This document shows positions 38,794-48,391 of a DNA stretch of 64,000 nt, piece by piece. The notes under the pieces are model-generated. The model was not told the origin of the DNA. It worked only from the letters and a program-made list of their open reading frames with translations, and searched no databases. The translations under genes and the position numbers were made by a program. This DNA is from an uncultured Alphaproteobacteria bacterium (GTDB lineage: Bacteria > Pseudomonadota > Alphaproteobacteria > HIMB59). The stretch is taken from assembly GCA_902617515.1 (NCBI GenBank), contig CACMWX010000002.1, positions 15,478-79,477 on the forward strand. Reading direction: 5' to 3'. The number at the start of each line of letters is the position of its first letter. The first letter of the stretch is position 1.

Positions 38794-39129
38794 ATGACCA
38801 GTCCTTTATTTTCATTATCCAAAACTGCTGAAGAACAAATTTCTAAATTATTAGTTAATAATAGTAATGCTATTGGTTTAAAGATTGGCTTAAGCACTAA
38901 AGGTTGTGCGGGATTGAGTTATACAATGGAGTATGTGAGTAATGATAACATACAAGGTTGTGAGCTAGTCAATGATTACAAGTTTCCTCTTTATATTGAG
39001 GACAAAGCAGTTATGTATGTAATAGGCACAGAAATGGACTTTATTAAAGAAGAATTTGGAGAAAGGTTTATTTTTAAAAATCCTAATCAGACTAGTGAAT
39101 GCGGTTGTGGTGAGAGTTTTCACGTTTAG
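38794..39129 (+). CDS. sufA: A-type Fe-S carrier (SufA/IscA/HesB family)
   Basis: KGCAGLSY and NPN..CGCGESF. Confidence 0.85.
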   Translation: MTSPLFSLSKTAEEQISKLLVNNSNAIGLKIGLSTKGCAGLSYTMEYVSNDNIQGCELVNDYKFPLYIEDKAVMYVIGTEMDFIKEEFGERFIFKNPNQTSECGCGESFHV

Positions 39130-39144
39130 ATTTTAGTTATATTG

Positions 39145-39999
39145 ATGGCAATCTTATTGGGTATTCTCTCAGCTTTTAGTTTCGGTGTTGGAGATTTTTT
39201 AGCCAGATTTTCATCTAAGGAAGTTGGATTTAAAAATTCACTTTTTTGGATGCTGGTTGTTGGCTCAATATTTTATTTAATTTTATTTTATTTTTTTGGA
39301 AGTGGTCTTTCTCCAAATGCGATTGGTCTAAGTAATAGTTTCCTATCAGGAATTCTAATAATGTTTGGACTTCTTTGTTTGTACAGAGGTCTCCAAATGG
39401 GACCAGTGTCAATTGTAGCCTCGATAACAGCAACCAATCCCTTTTTTGTTTTTGTTATTAGATTTTTTTTAGGAAGTGAACCTACACTTACTCAATGGAT
39501 TGCCACCCTTGTTGTAATATCCGGCGCAATATTTGTATCCATAAGCGCTGATAGTTTTAAAGAAAGCCTAGGTTTGTCAAAAAAACAGATAAAAGAGTCT
39601 CTGATTGTGTCATTTATGGCCAGTGGTATGCTTGCTTTGGGTCTTATTTTTTCTCAAGAGGCCTCTAATTCTTTAGATCCAATTGAGGCTGTTATTTATG
39701 TAAGATTTTTTAGCTTATTGGGTATTGCTTCTTTATTATTTTTTATGAAGTCTAAAATAACTCTAACAAAGAAAGCAGTTCCTATTTTATTTTTTCAAGG
39801 AATATTAGAAACCACAGGTTATTTTTGTTTGGTCTCAGCATATGCTTTTGACAAAGTGAGTATTGCAGTAGTTATTTCTTCAGGTTTTGGTCTTGTAACA
39901 GTTTTATTGGCTAGACTAGTTTTAAAAGAAAAAATATCTAAAATTCAAACTTTAGGCATCTCTTTAACTTTCATTGGTGTTGTTGGTCTTACTATCTAA
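39145..39999 (+). CDS. EamA/DMT-family transporter
   Basis: About 10 TM segments; LVLKEKI motif. Confidence 0.8.
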   Translation: MAILLGILSAFSFGVGDFLARFSSKEVGFKNSLFWMLVVGSIFYLILFYFFGSGLSPNAIGLSNSFLSGILIMFGLLCLYRGLQMGPVSIVASITATNPFFVFVIRFFLGSEPTLTQWIATLVVISGAIFVSISADSFKESLGLSKKQIKESLIVSFMASGMLALGLIFSQEASNSLDPIEAVIYVRFFSLLGIASLLFFMKSKITLTKKAVPILFFQGILETTGYFCLVSAYAFDKVSIAVVISSGFGLVTVLLARLVLKEKISKIQTLGISLTFIGVVGLTI

Positions 40000-40888
40000 T
40001 TAAATTTTGAAGCCTCTTTTTATCAAAACGATATGAATTCATCGCTATAGCTAAGCAAATAATTAATCCTCCTATAATTGTATTTATATCTGGTGTTTCA
40101 TTGATACCCAGAATAGGTAGCCACGCCCAAAAAATTCCTCCAACTACTTCTAATAAAGATAGCATTGTTAGTTCTCCCGAAAGTAATTGTTTTGAACCGA
40201 TGCTAAACAGAATAAGCCCAGTTGCAACAATTAAACCGTGGGTCATACTCAACAAAATATTTCTTAAAGGTAAATAGATTTCTTGATCATTAAAAATCAT
40301 TAAAAAGGTGGAAATAATTGCGCAAAAAATTCCTGCATAAATTAAAATATAAAATTTTTTAAAGTTACTTTTACTTCTCAAAGCAACGGTGAATGCTGAA
40401 AAGCCAAGACTTGATATAAAGCCCATAATTAATCCATACAACGATCCACTAAAGGCACTTGCATATATCATTATTAAAGTACCAATAAACGCAATAATCA
40501 TAGTTATAAAATTTTGTTTTGAGATCTTCTCATTTATAAACACTAGGGCAATTAATGATGCTAAAAAAGGCATTAACGCCAACATAAATAGAGTAACTGC
40601 GGCAGTTGTATTACTTATTGAATAAATAAAACCAACCATGGCTGTTGTTAAACTAAGACCACCAATCACAGAAACTTTATCTATTTTGATTAAATTCATA
40701 AAAAAGTCTTTTTGCTCAATAAGAATAAGATATATGGCGATGATAGTTGCAACTGTAAGCCCTCTAATAACAAGGTAGGGGAGTTGATAGATTTGAGGGT
40801 CTATCATATTTTTAACCACCAGCGGTCCAAAACTCCATATTAATCCACTTAAAACTACTATAATTACTGCTTTGATATGGTCGCTCAT
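39992..40888 (-). CDS. EamA/DMT-family transporter
   Basis: About 10 TM segments; FINEKI and LLEVV..NETP. Confidence 0.8.
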   Translation of the reverse strand: MSDHIKAVIIVVLSGLIWSFGPLVVKNMIDPQIYQLPYLVIRGLTVATIIAIYLILIEQKDFFMNLIKIDKVSVIGGLSLTTAMVGFIYSISNTTAAVTLFMLALMPFLASLIALVFINEKISKQNFITMIIAFIGTLIMIYASAFSGSLYGLIMGFISSLGFSAFTVALRSKSNFKKFYILIYAGIFCAIISTFLMIFNDQEIYLPLRNILLSMTHGLIVATGLILFSIGSKQLLSGELTMLSLLEVVGGIFWAWLPILGINETPDINTIIGGLIICLAIAMNSYRFDKKRLQNLIR

Positions 40889-40929
40889 TTTAAGAAATTA
40901 ACTTATTTTATAAATTAACTTTTTAATAG

Positions 40930-42714
40930 TTAATTACTGATAAAGAAATCTGAGAGAGTTTTAATATCATCAAAAGAAGTATTCTTACCCTCATTACTTC
41001 TTAGAGTAAATGAGTCTGACTCAATCTCTTTCTCACCCATTACTAGAGTATAGGGTATCTTTTTAGAAACAGAATTTCTTATTTTATAACCCAATTTGTT
41101 ATCAGATCCATCAACAATTACTCTTACACCCAGCTTTTGAAGTTCCCCTTTAATTCGGTTACTATGATCAACAAATTTTTCGGACACAGGGAGAATTGCA
41201 AGTTGTATGGGTGTAACAAATAAAGGAAGCCAGCCATTAGTGTTTTCAAGAATAATTGCTATAAACCTTTCTAGAGATCCGACAACTGCTCGGTGTATCA
41301 TTATTGGAACTTGATTTTTGTCATCTTTGTCTTTGTATTTTGCACCTAATCTATCAGGGAGATTGAAGTCAATTTGTATCGTTCCACATTGCCATTCTCG
41401 ACCCAGTGAGTCCTCTAATGTAAATTCTATTTTTGGGCCATAGAATGCCCCTTCACCCTCTAAAATATTAAATTCTTTATTGTTGTCTTTTAAAACTTTT
41501 TTTAACTGATTTTCTGCATTGTCCCAGTTTTCTTGAGTGCCAATGCTTTTTTCTGGACGAGTAGAAATATTATATTTTATTTTTTCAAATCCGAACTTTT
41601 TATACACCCTCTCAATTAATAGAGTTGTCTCATTACAAACATCATATATTTGTTCAGCAGAACAAAATATGTGGGCATCATCTTGAGTAAAACCTCTGAC
41701 CCTAAATAATCCATTTAGAGCTCCAGAGGGTTCGTATCTATGACACTTACCAAACTCCGAGTATCTAAGTGGTAAATCTTTGTAAGTTATTAGTTGAGAG
41801 TTAAATAAAACAATATGACATGGACAATTCATAGGTTTTAGAGCAAATGTCTTGTTGTCAGTTTCAGATGTGAACATATTTTCTTTAAAATTGTCCCAAT
41901 GACCAGACTTTATCCAAAGCTCATTTGAAACTAGCTCAGGTGTTTTGACTTCAAAATAGTTAAGTTTTTGTTGCTCAGAGCGAATATATTTTTCAATGTT
42001 TTGATATAAGGTTAAACCTTTATCTTTCCAAAATACATTCCCTGCTGATAAATCAGTTAGAAGGAATAAACCCATATCAGTGCCTAATCTTCTATGATTT
42101 CTTTCTTTAGCCTCTTCCAAATTTTTTAAATAAACTCGAAGTTCTTTTTCAGAATACCAAGCGGTTGCATAAATTCTTTGAAGCATTTTGTTAGTGCTAA
42201 TACCTCTCCAATAAGCCCCTGATACATTTGTTATTTTAAAGCTGGCATTATAATCTTTTGTGCTTTTATGATGAGGACCTTTACAAAGGTCAGTAAAATT
42301 TTTTTGCTCGTAAAGTGTTATTTCATCGGAATTATCTAAATTATTAATAAGTTCCAATTTATATTTATTATCCTTAAATATTTCTGATGCTTCTTTTTTA
42401 GTTACAGCCCTCTTTAAAAAGTCTCTTCCCTCTGAGAGAATTTCTTTCATTTTTTTTTCTATATTAGCTAAGTCGTCATCTGATAGAGTGCTTTCCATAT
42501 CAAAGTCATAATAAAAACCGTTCTTTATAAAAGGACCAATAGTTGGTTTAGCATTTGGAAAAAGAGTAATTACAGCTTCAGCCAAAATATGAGCCATATC
42601 ATGGCGCATTATATTTAATGCATCATCAGATTTAGGTTTAATGGGAGTGCTATTTTCAACTTCAGTATCCCAATAATTATTATTCGAGTCTTTAAATGCT
42701 ATTATATCGCTCAT
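40930..42714 (-). CDS. thrS: Threonine--tRNA ligase with a short N-terminus
   Basis: RHDMAH, DLCKGPH, KPMNCP, RVRGFTQDDAH, QCGTIQ.DF, HRAVVGSLERF. Confidence 0.95.
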   Translation of the reverse strand: MSDIIAFKDSNNNYWDTEVENSTPIKPKSDDALNIMRHDMAHILAEAVITLFPNAKPTIGPFIKNGFYYDFDMESTLSDDDLANIEKKMKEILSEGRDFLKRAVTKKEASEIFKDNKYKLELINNLDNSDEITLYEQKNFTDLCKGPHHKSTKDYNASFKITNVSGAYWRGISTNKMLQRIYATAWYSEKELRVYLKNLEEAKERNHRRLGTDMGLFLLTDLSAGNVFWKDKGLTLYQNIEKYIRSEQQKLNYFEVKTPELVSNELWIKSGHWDNFKENMFTSETDNKTFALKPMNCPCHIVLFNSQLITYKDLPLRYSEFGKCHRYEPSGALNGLFRVRGFTQDDAHIFCSAEQIYDVCNETTLLIERVYKKFGFEKIKYNISTRPEKSIGTQENWDNAENQLKKVLKDNNKEFNILEGEGAFYGPKIEFTLEDSLGREWQCGTIQIDFNLPDRLGAKYKDKDDKNQVPIMIHRAVVGSLERFIAIILENTNGWLPLFVTPIQLAILPVSEKFVDHSNRIKGELQKLGVRVIVDGSDNKLGYKIRNSVSKKIPYTLVMGEKEIESDSFTLRSNEGKNTSFDDIKTLSDFFISN

Positions 42715-43043
42715 AATTCTAATTTTTTATAAAAACAACTTTTTTTACCCGTATGACAAGCGCCGATTCCTTCAAGCTCAACTTCATAAATTAAAGCGTC
42801 ACTGTCACAATCAGTATAAATATTAATAATATTAAGTTTATTGCCAGAAGTTTCGCCTTTTAACCATAATTTTTTTTTACTTCTACTCCAAAAGTGAGCT
42901 TTTTTTGTTTTTACTGTCATTTCAATAGAATTTTTATTTGAATAGGCCATCATAAGAATTTCATTAGTTGACTTCTCTTGAGCAATTGTAGGTATTAGCC
43001 CATCAGAATTAAAAACTAGTTGATTTATGTTGAAATTTTCCAA
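42711..43043 (-). CDS. hisI: Phosphoribosyl-AMP cyclohydrolase
   Basis: FWSRS..LWLKGETSG, DCDSD, ACHTG..SCF. Confidence 0.93.
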   Translation of the reverse strand: MENFNINQLVFNSDGLIPTIAQEKSTNEILMMAYSNKNSIEMTVKTKKAHFWSRSKKKLWLKGETSGNKLNIINIYTDCDSDALIYEVELEGIGACHTGKKSCFYKKLEL

Positions 43044-43109
43044 TGTCTTGATTTTTAATGATTTTTACTTTTATTAAAGTATTTTTCAATTATTAAAAGA
43101 ATTTTTTCG

Positions 43110-44036
43110 ATGAATTATTATTTAGCACCAATGATGGGTTACACAGACTGCTATTTTAGAAGTTTAGTGGAAAACATTTATGGAAATAGTGTAACTACCT
43201 TTTCTGAAATGATAGTGGATAAAGCAATCATCCACAATGAGACTAAAACAATAACCAAGCATTTTTTAAAAAATAATAAAAGCGCCATTCAAATTGCAGG
43301 CTCAGATCCTGAAGAAATTAAAAGTACAATAAATATTTTAAATAAAGTAGATATTATTAAACATGTAAATTTTAATTTAGGGTGCCCAAGTTCTAGAGTC
43401 CAAGAAAATATGCTTGGTTTAGCTTTAACCCAAAAGTATGACCTAGTAAAAAAATGTTTATATGAATTGATCAAATATAATAAAGATGTATCGGTAAAAT
43501 GTAGACTTGGTTTAGGTATGAATGAGGATAAGAGTTATATTTTTGATTATCTTAAATTGTTTAATGAAATGGGAATAAAAAAAGTATTTATACACTGCAG
43601 AAATGGTATTTTGAACTTAGATACCAAAAAAAATAGAACAATTCCAAAAATCAATTACAATTTATTTTTAGATTGTTGTGATCAATTTCCTAAAATGGAA
43701 CTTATTCCTAATGGTGAGGTTAATGATTTAGAAACCTTTAAATTTTTTCAGTCAAAAAATATTACTCAATTTATGATTGGTAGACAATTTGCGAAAGACG
43801 CTTTTTTTTTAGAAAAATTAGATCTAAAGAATATCGAAAAGAAGACAACTTCAATAATTAATACAATAAATGAATTAGAGCATTACAAATATTTAAATAT
43901 TAATTTATTAAAAAAAAGTATATTCACTGCACTTAGTAACATATCAAATTCCAAAAAAGTAAAAAAAGAAATCTCAGTTATTGACAATCATAGTGGCTTA
44001 CTAAATTATTTTGAGAGGAATGCCATTTGGAGTTAG
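43110..44036 (+). CDS. dusA: tRNA-dihydrouridine synthase (DusA-like)
   Basis: LAPMM..TD, NLGCPSSRVQ, SVKCRLG, HCR, NG, MIGR. Confidence 0.8.
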   Translation: MNYYLAPMMGYTDCYFRSLVENIYGNSVTTFSEMIVDKAIIHNETKTITKHFLKNNKSAIQIAGSDPEEIKSTINILNKVDIIKHVNFNLGCPSSRVQENMLGLALTQKYDLVKKCLYELIKYNKDVSVKCRLGLGMNEDKSYIFDYLKLFNEMGIKKVFIHCRNGILNLDTKKNRTIPKINYNLFLDCCDQFPKMELIPNGEVNDLETFKFFQSKNITQFMIGRQFAKDAFFLEKLDLKNIEKKTTSIINTINELEHYKYLNINLLKKSIFTALSNISNSKKVKKEISVIDNHSGLLNYFERNAIWS

Positions 44037-46351
44037 AGAGATTATATAAATCCTCTACTTTCTTATCAAAATATGAATATCTTAATAATTCTTATGATGT
44101 TTCAAAGGTCGATGCTAAATTAATACTTAACCACTACAAAAGTAATATAAAAAAATATTCTAATTCCTCTACAACTAACTTTCTCAATATAAATACACTT
44201 AAAAATGAGCTTATTTATTTAATTTTTATATCAATTCATCAAAATTTAATTTCTCAGTCTAATGGATCAAGATTGTGGTCAATTTTATGCAAAAATATTT
44301 TAAGTAAAATCATTAATACCAATCTATACAGATCATTTAATAATAGTTTAAAAAAATATTATTTTATTTTAGGTATGGGTAAAATTGGCGTAAGAGATTT
44401 AAATTTTGCCTCTGATATCGATATAATCATATTCTATGACTCCAAAAATAGTCCTATTTCCCTCCAAGATTTTAATAAATCTATAAAGAAAACCATTAGT
44501 GAAATATCGAATATTTCTGGGTCTTTTTTTCATAAAATAGATTTAAGGTTACGACCAGATTTTGGTGATTCATTAATTATATCTGATATGGATCAAGCAA
44601 TTAATTATTATACCTCAGTTGGCAGAAATTGGGAGAGATTAGCATTTCATAGATCAAGTTTTTTGTGTGGCGATATTCAAAATTATTTCTCATTTAAGGA
44701 AGCAATAAAAAGTTTTTTATTTAGAAGAACATTTGACTATTACGCTATAGATGAAATTAAAAAGCTTTTTGCTTCCAGTAATACTGAACAAAAGCTAGAT
44801 ATAAAAAATTCTTATGGCTTTATTCGATCTTGTGAAAATATAATACATTTTAACCAACTTCTTTGGTCTGGAAAAATAAATTCTCTTAAAGAGAGTAATA
44901 TTCATAAATTACTTATAAATTTTAAAAAACATGAAAATATAATTCCAAAAAATGACTTAAAAAATATAACAGAGGCATATTATTACTTCCGTAAAATTGA
45001 GAATTATTTACATATAAAAAAGAATACTTTTCAGAATATAATTGACTCTAATGAAACCTATTTAAATTCAGTATTAGATAACTTTTCAAACAAATTAGAG
45101 AAGCATAAATCTGAAATTCAAACAATATATCAGCGTTTATTTTTCCCTAAAATTAATAGAGAAAGTTTACGACGTGAAAAATTTAAAGAGTCTAGCCAAA
45201 AAATTATTGATAGTCTTCTTAAAAGAGCTGAGAACATAAATAGTTCAGAAACAGTAAAAAATGATTATTTAGAGTCTATTTCAAGTCTCATAAATATTTT
45301 ATCAACACATAATAAACGAGATGATCTGATTATAAAATTTGACTATTTAATTAATTATTATAAGTCTGGTGTCCATCTAACTGCTTTATACAAATACAAT
45401 AATAAAATTTTTTTAGAGTTAGCTTTCATATTTGATAATTCTTCAAAATTAACAAATCTTATTTACAAAAATCATTTTTTAATAGAGTCACTAGTCTATT
45501 TTTTTAATTATGGCATACCTACTTTTAAGCTGAGGGAATTTTCTGATAATTTTGATTTAGATTTAAAAAAATCAATCCAGGATATTTATGAAATTTTATT
45601 CCTTTTAGATTATTTGTTACTTTCAAAAAAAATAACAAATACTGACTTCCTCAAAAAACGAAATACCGCTGTAAGAAAGTTTATTTTTTATATTTTTGAA
45701 CTAGTTAAAAATGAATACATTGCCAATAGAAGCAATATTTTCTCTGACTTAACACCTATTTTATTTGGAAGTTACGGTGTCAAAATGGCTACGAATTTTT
45801 CCGATTTAGACATTTTTTTTATATATCAATCAAACAAAAATAATCACATAGATAATATTAAAATTGTAAGGAGATTTTACTCGATAATGAAACAATATAT
45901 TGATCCAAATATCCTTATAATTGACGATAGAAATAAACCTTTTGATAGAGACTCTGATCAAGTTATTAATATTGAAAATTTTTTTTCATTTTATTCAAAG
46001 ACTAGTGAACCATTTCATAAATTGTCTTTTATGAAGGTATGTCTTTTAACAAATAATCTAAAATTAGTTAAGTATTTTACAAAAATGAAAAATCAAATTA
46101 TTTCAAACTTTTCTAAAATTGATAATGAATACTTTTTAAAAATATTAGATATAAAAAATCCTTTAAAAAATAATAAGGATCTTTTTCAACTCTTTAAAAT
46201 TAAAGAAGACATCAACTACATAAATAATAAAGAGTTTTCATATAGTGACGATATTGATTATTTAAGAGAGTTGCTTATGTTTGAAAATTTAACTAGCAAC
46301 CCGTCCAAAGTAGATAATAAAAAATATTTAGACAGGTTGCTTTTAATTTAG
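44027..46351 (+). CDS. glnE: Glutamine synthetase adenylyltransferase/adenylyl-removing enzyme, short and highly divergent
   Basis: GMGKIG..DLNFASDIDII, IDLRLRP, GRNWER, and a second nucleotidyltransferase motif GSYG....FSDLDIFF; convergent with glnA. Confidence 0.75.
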   Translation: MELERLYKSSTFLSKYEYLNNSYDVSKVDAKLILNHYKSNIKKYSNSSTTNFLNINTLKNELIYLIFISIHQNLISQSNGSRLWSILCKNILSKIINTNLYRSFNNSLKKYYFILGMGKIGVRDLNFASDIDIIIFYDSKNSPISLQDFNKSIKKTISEISNISGSFFHKIDLRLRPDFGDSLIISDMDQAINYYTSVGRNWERLAFHRSSFLCGDIQNYFSFKEAIKSFLFRRTFDYYAIDEIKKLFASSNTEQKLDIKNSYGFIRSCENIIHFNQLLWSGKINSLKESNIHKLLINFKKHENIIPKNDLKNITEAYYYFRKIENYLHIKKNTFQNIIDSNETYLNSVLDNFSNKLEKHKSEIQTIYQRLFFPKINRESLRREKFKESSQKIIDSLLKRAENINSSETVKNDYLESISSLINILSTHNKRDDLIIKFDYLINYYKSGVHLTALYKYNNKIFLELAFIFDNSSKLTNLIYKNHFLIESLVYFFNYGIPTFKLREFSDNFDLDLKKSIQDIYEILFLLDYLLLSKKITNTDFLKKRNTAVRKFIFYIFELVKNEYIANRSNIFSDLTPILFGSYGVKMATNFSDLDIFFIYQSNKNNHIDNIKIVRRFYSIMKQYIDPNILIIDDRNKPFDRDSDQVINIENFFSFYSKTSEPFHKLSFMKVCLLTNNLKLVKYFTKMKNQIISNFSKIDNEYFLKILDIKNPLKNNKDLFQLFKIKEDINYINNKEFSYSDDIDYLRELLMFENLTSNPSKVDNKKYLDRLLLI

Positions 46352-46352
46352 T

Positions 46353-47768
46353 TTAGTAATCGTAATACATGTCGAACTCTGCAGGTGTAACTAGCAGTTT
46401 ATTTGGTTCGATTTCTTCTTCTCTTTTGTATTCGATATATGACTCGATTAAATCTTTGGTAAACACATTACCCTCTAAAAGATAATCATGATTTGACTCA
46501 AGATTATTAATTGCTTCCTCAAGAGTACCAGGTACTTCCTTTACTTTAGATTGCTCTTCAGGAGGTAAATCATAAAGATTTTTATCCATTGGTTCACCAG
46601 GATCAATTCTATTCTTAATTCCATCTAAACCTGCCATAAGCATAGCTGAAAATGCTAAATAACCGTTGGCAGTTGCATCTGGACATCTAAACTCAACTCT
46701 TTTTGCTTTAGGAGATGGTGAGTATGCAGGTATTCTACATATAGCACTTCTATTTCTATTAGAGTATGCAAGCTTAACTGGAGCCTCATAACCTGGAACT
46801 AATCTCTTGTAAGAGTTAATAGTTGGATTTGTAAAAGCTAATAAAGATGGTGCGTGCTTAAGCAAACCACCAATATAAAATTTTGCTTCATCACTAAGAT
46901 TAGCGTATCCACCTTCACCATAAAATACTGGTTTACCGTTTGACCAAATACTTTGATGACAATGCATTCCAGAACCATTGTCGTTTGAAAGAGGTTTTGG
47001 CATAAAAGTAGCACTTAAACCATTACTTTTTGCTGTGTTTCTTACAACGTATTTATATTTTTGAAGATCGTCGGCCATCTTAACCAATGTGTCGAATTTT
47101 AAATCAATTTCACATTGACCAGCAGTAGCAACTTCGTGGTGTTGCGCTTCAACACTCATACCAATTGCAACCATGTGATTAACCATTTCTGATCTAACAT
47201 CCTGCATAGTGTCATGAGGGGGGCATGGGAAGTATCCACCTTTATTTCTAACTTTATAACCTAGATTTGGACCTTCGGCTGTGCCTGTATTCCAAACGGC
47301 TTCACCGGAGTCAACAGAAAAAGAGGAGTGATGAGGGTGCGTGTTAATTTGAACATTATTGAAAAGAAAAAATTCAGCTTCTGGTCCAAAGAAAATACTA
47401 TCACCAACTCCTGAGGTTTTAACGTATTCTTCTGCTTTTTTTGCAACGTATCTTGGATCTTTATCGTACTTTTGTCCAGTAATTGGATCTTGAATATCAC
47501 ATATCAGAACTAGAGTAGGATCTGTAAAAAAGGGATCTACAAATGCAGTCTCAATATCTGGAATTAATATCATGTCACTAGCTTCAATTGACTGAAAACA
47601 TCTAATTGAAGAGCCGTCGAAACCAATACCTTCCTCAAATACATCCATTTCAAATGTATTAATATGGTTTGAAAAGTGCTGCCATGTTCCTAAAGGATCT
47701 GTAAATCTAAAATCAATATACTTAATACCATTTTCATCGATCATTTTTTGTAATGATTTTTTGTCCAT
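46353..47768 (-). CDS. glnA: Glutamine synthetase type I (GSI-beta)
   Basis: FDGSSI, HHEVATAGQCE, NGSGMH, RLVPGYEAP, NRSA and the adenylylation site NLYDLP. Confidence 0.95.
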   Translation of the reverse strand: MDKKSLQKMIDENGIKYIDFRFTDPLGTWQHFSNHINTFEMDVFEEGIGFDGSSIRCFQSIEASDMILIPDIETAFVDPFFTDPTLVLICDIQDPITGQKYDKDPRYVAKKAEEYVKTSGVGDSIFFGPEAEFFLFNNVQINTHPHHSSFSVDSGEAVWNTGTAEGPNLGYKVRNKGGYFPCPPHDTMQDVRSEMVNHMVAIGMSVEAQHHEVATAGQCEIDLKFDTLVKMADDLQKYKYVVRNTAKSNGLSATFMPKPLSNDNGSGMHCHQSIWSNGKPVFYGEGGYANLSDEAKFYIGGLLKHAPSLLAFTNPTINSYKRLVPGYEAPVKLAYSNRNRSAICRIPAYSPSPKAKRVEFRCPDATANGYLAFSAMLMAGLDGIKNRIDPGEPMDKNLYDLPPEEQSKVKEVPGTLEEAINNLESNHDYLLEGNVFTKDLIESYIEYKREEEIEPNKLLVTPAEFDMYYDY

Positions 47769-47808
47769 CTAATAACCTCCTGAGTTGTTAACTTGGTTTG
47801 TGTAAAAA

Positions 47809-48186
<378 letters not shown>

Positions 48187-48212
48187 CTATACTATAAATT
48201 AATTCAATTTTT

Positions 48213-48290
48213 GGCGGGTGTAGCTCAGTTGGTTAGAGCGCCGGTTTGTGGTACCGGAGGTCGGGGGTTCAAGTCCCCTTACTCGCCCCA
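48213..48290 (+). tRNA. tRNA-His(GTG) with encoded G-1 and C73
   Basis: Acceptor stem GCGGGTG/TACTCGC, anticodon arm CCGGT-TTGTGGT-ACCGG, TTCAAGT loop, CCA end. Confidence 0.93.
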
Positions 48291-48296
48291 ATTTGT

Positions 48297-48378
48297 GCGC
48301 CAGTGGCGGAATGGTAGACGCGCTGGTCTTAGGAACCAGTGGGCAACCGTGGGGGTTCGAGTCCCTCCTGGCGCACCA
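48297..48378 (+). tRNA. tRNA-Leu(TAG)
   Basis: Acceptor stem GCGCCAG/CTGGCGC, anticodon arm CTGGT-CTTAGGA-ACCAG, variable arm, ACCA end. Confidence 0.93.
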
Positions 48379-48391
48379 GAATACAGGTAAT

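Noticed and set aside
48248-48391. N-terminal 48 aa of the 456-aa trigger factor ORF
   Set aside because: It is read-through of tRNA-His and tRNA-Leu; ATG 48392 is the likely start.
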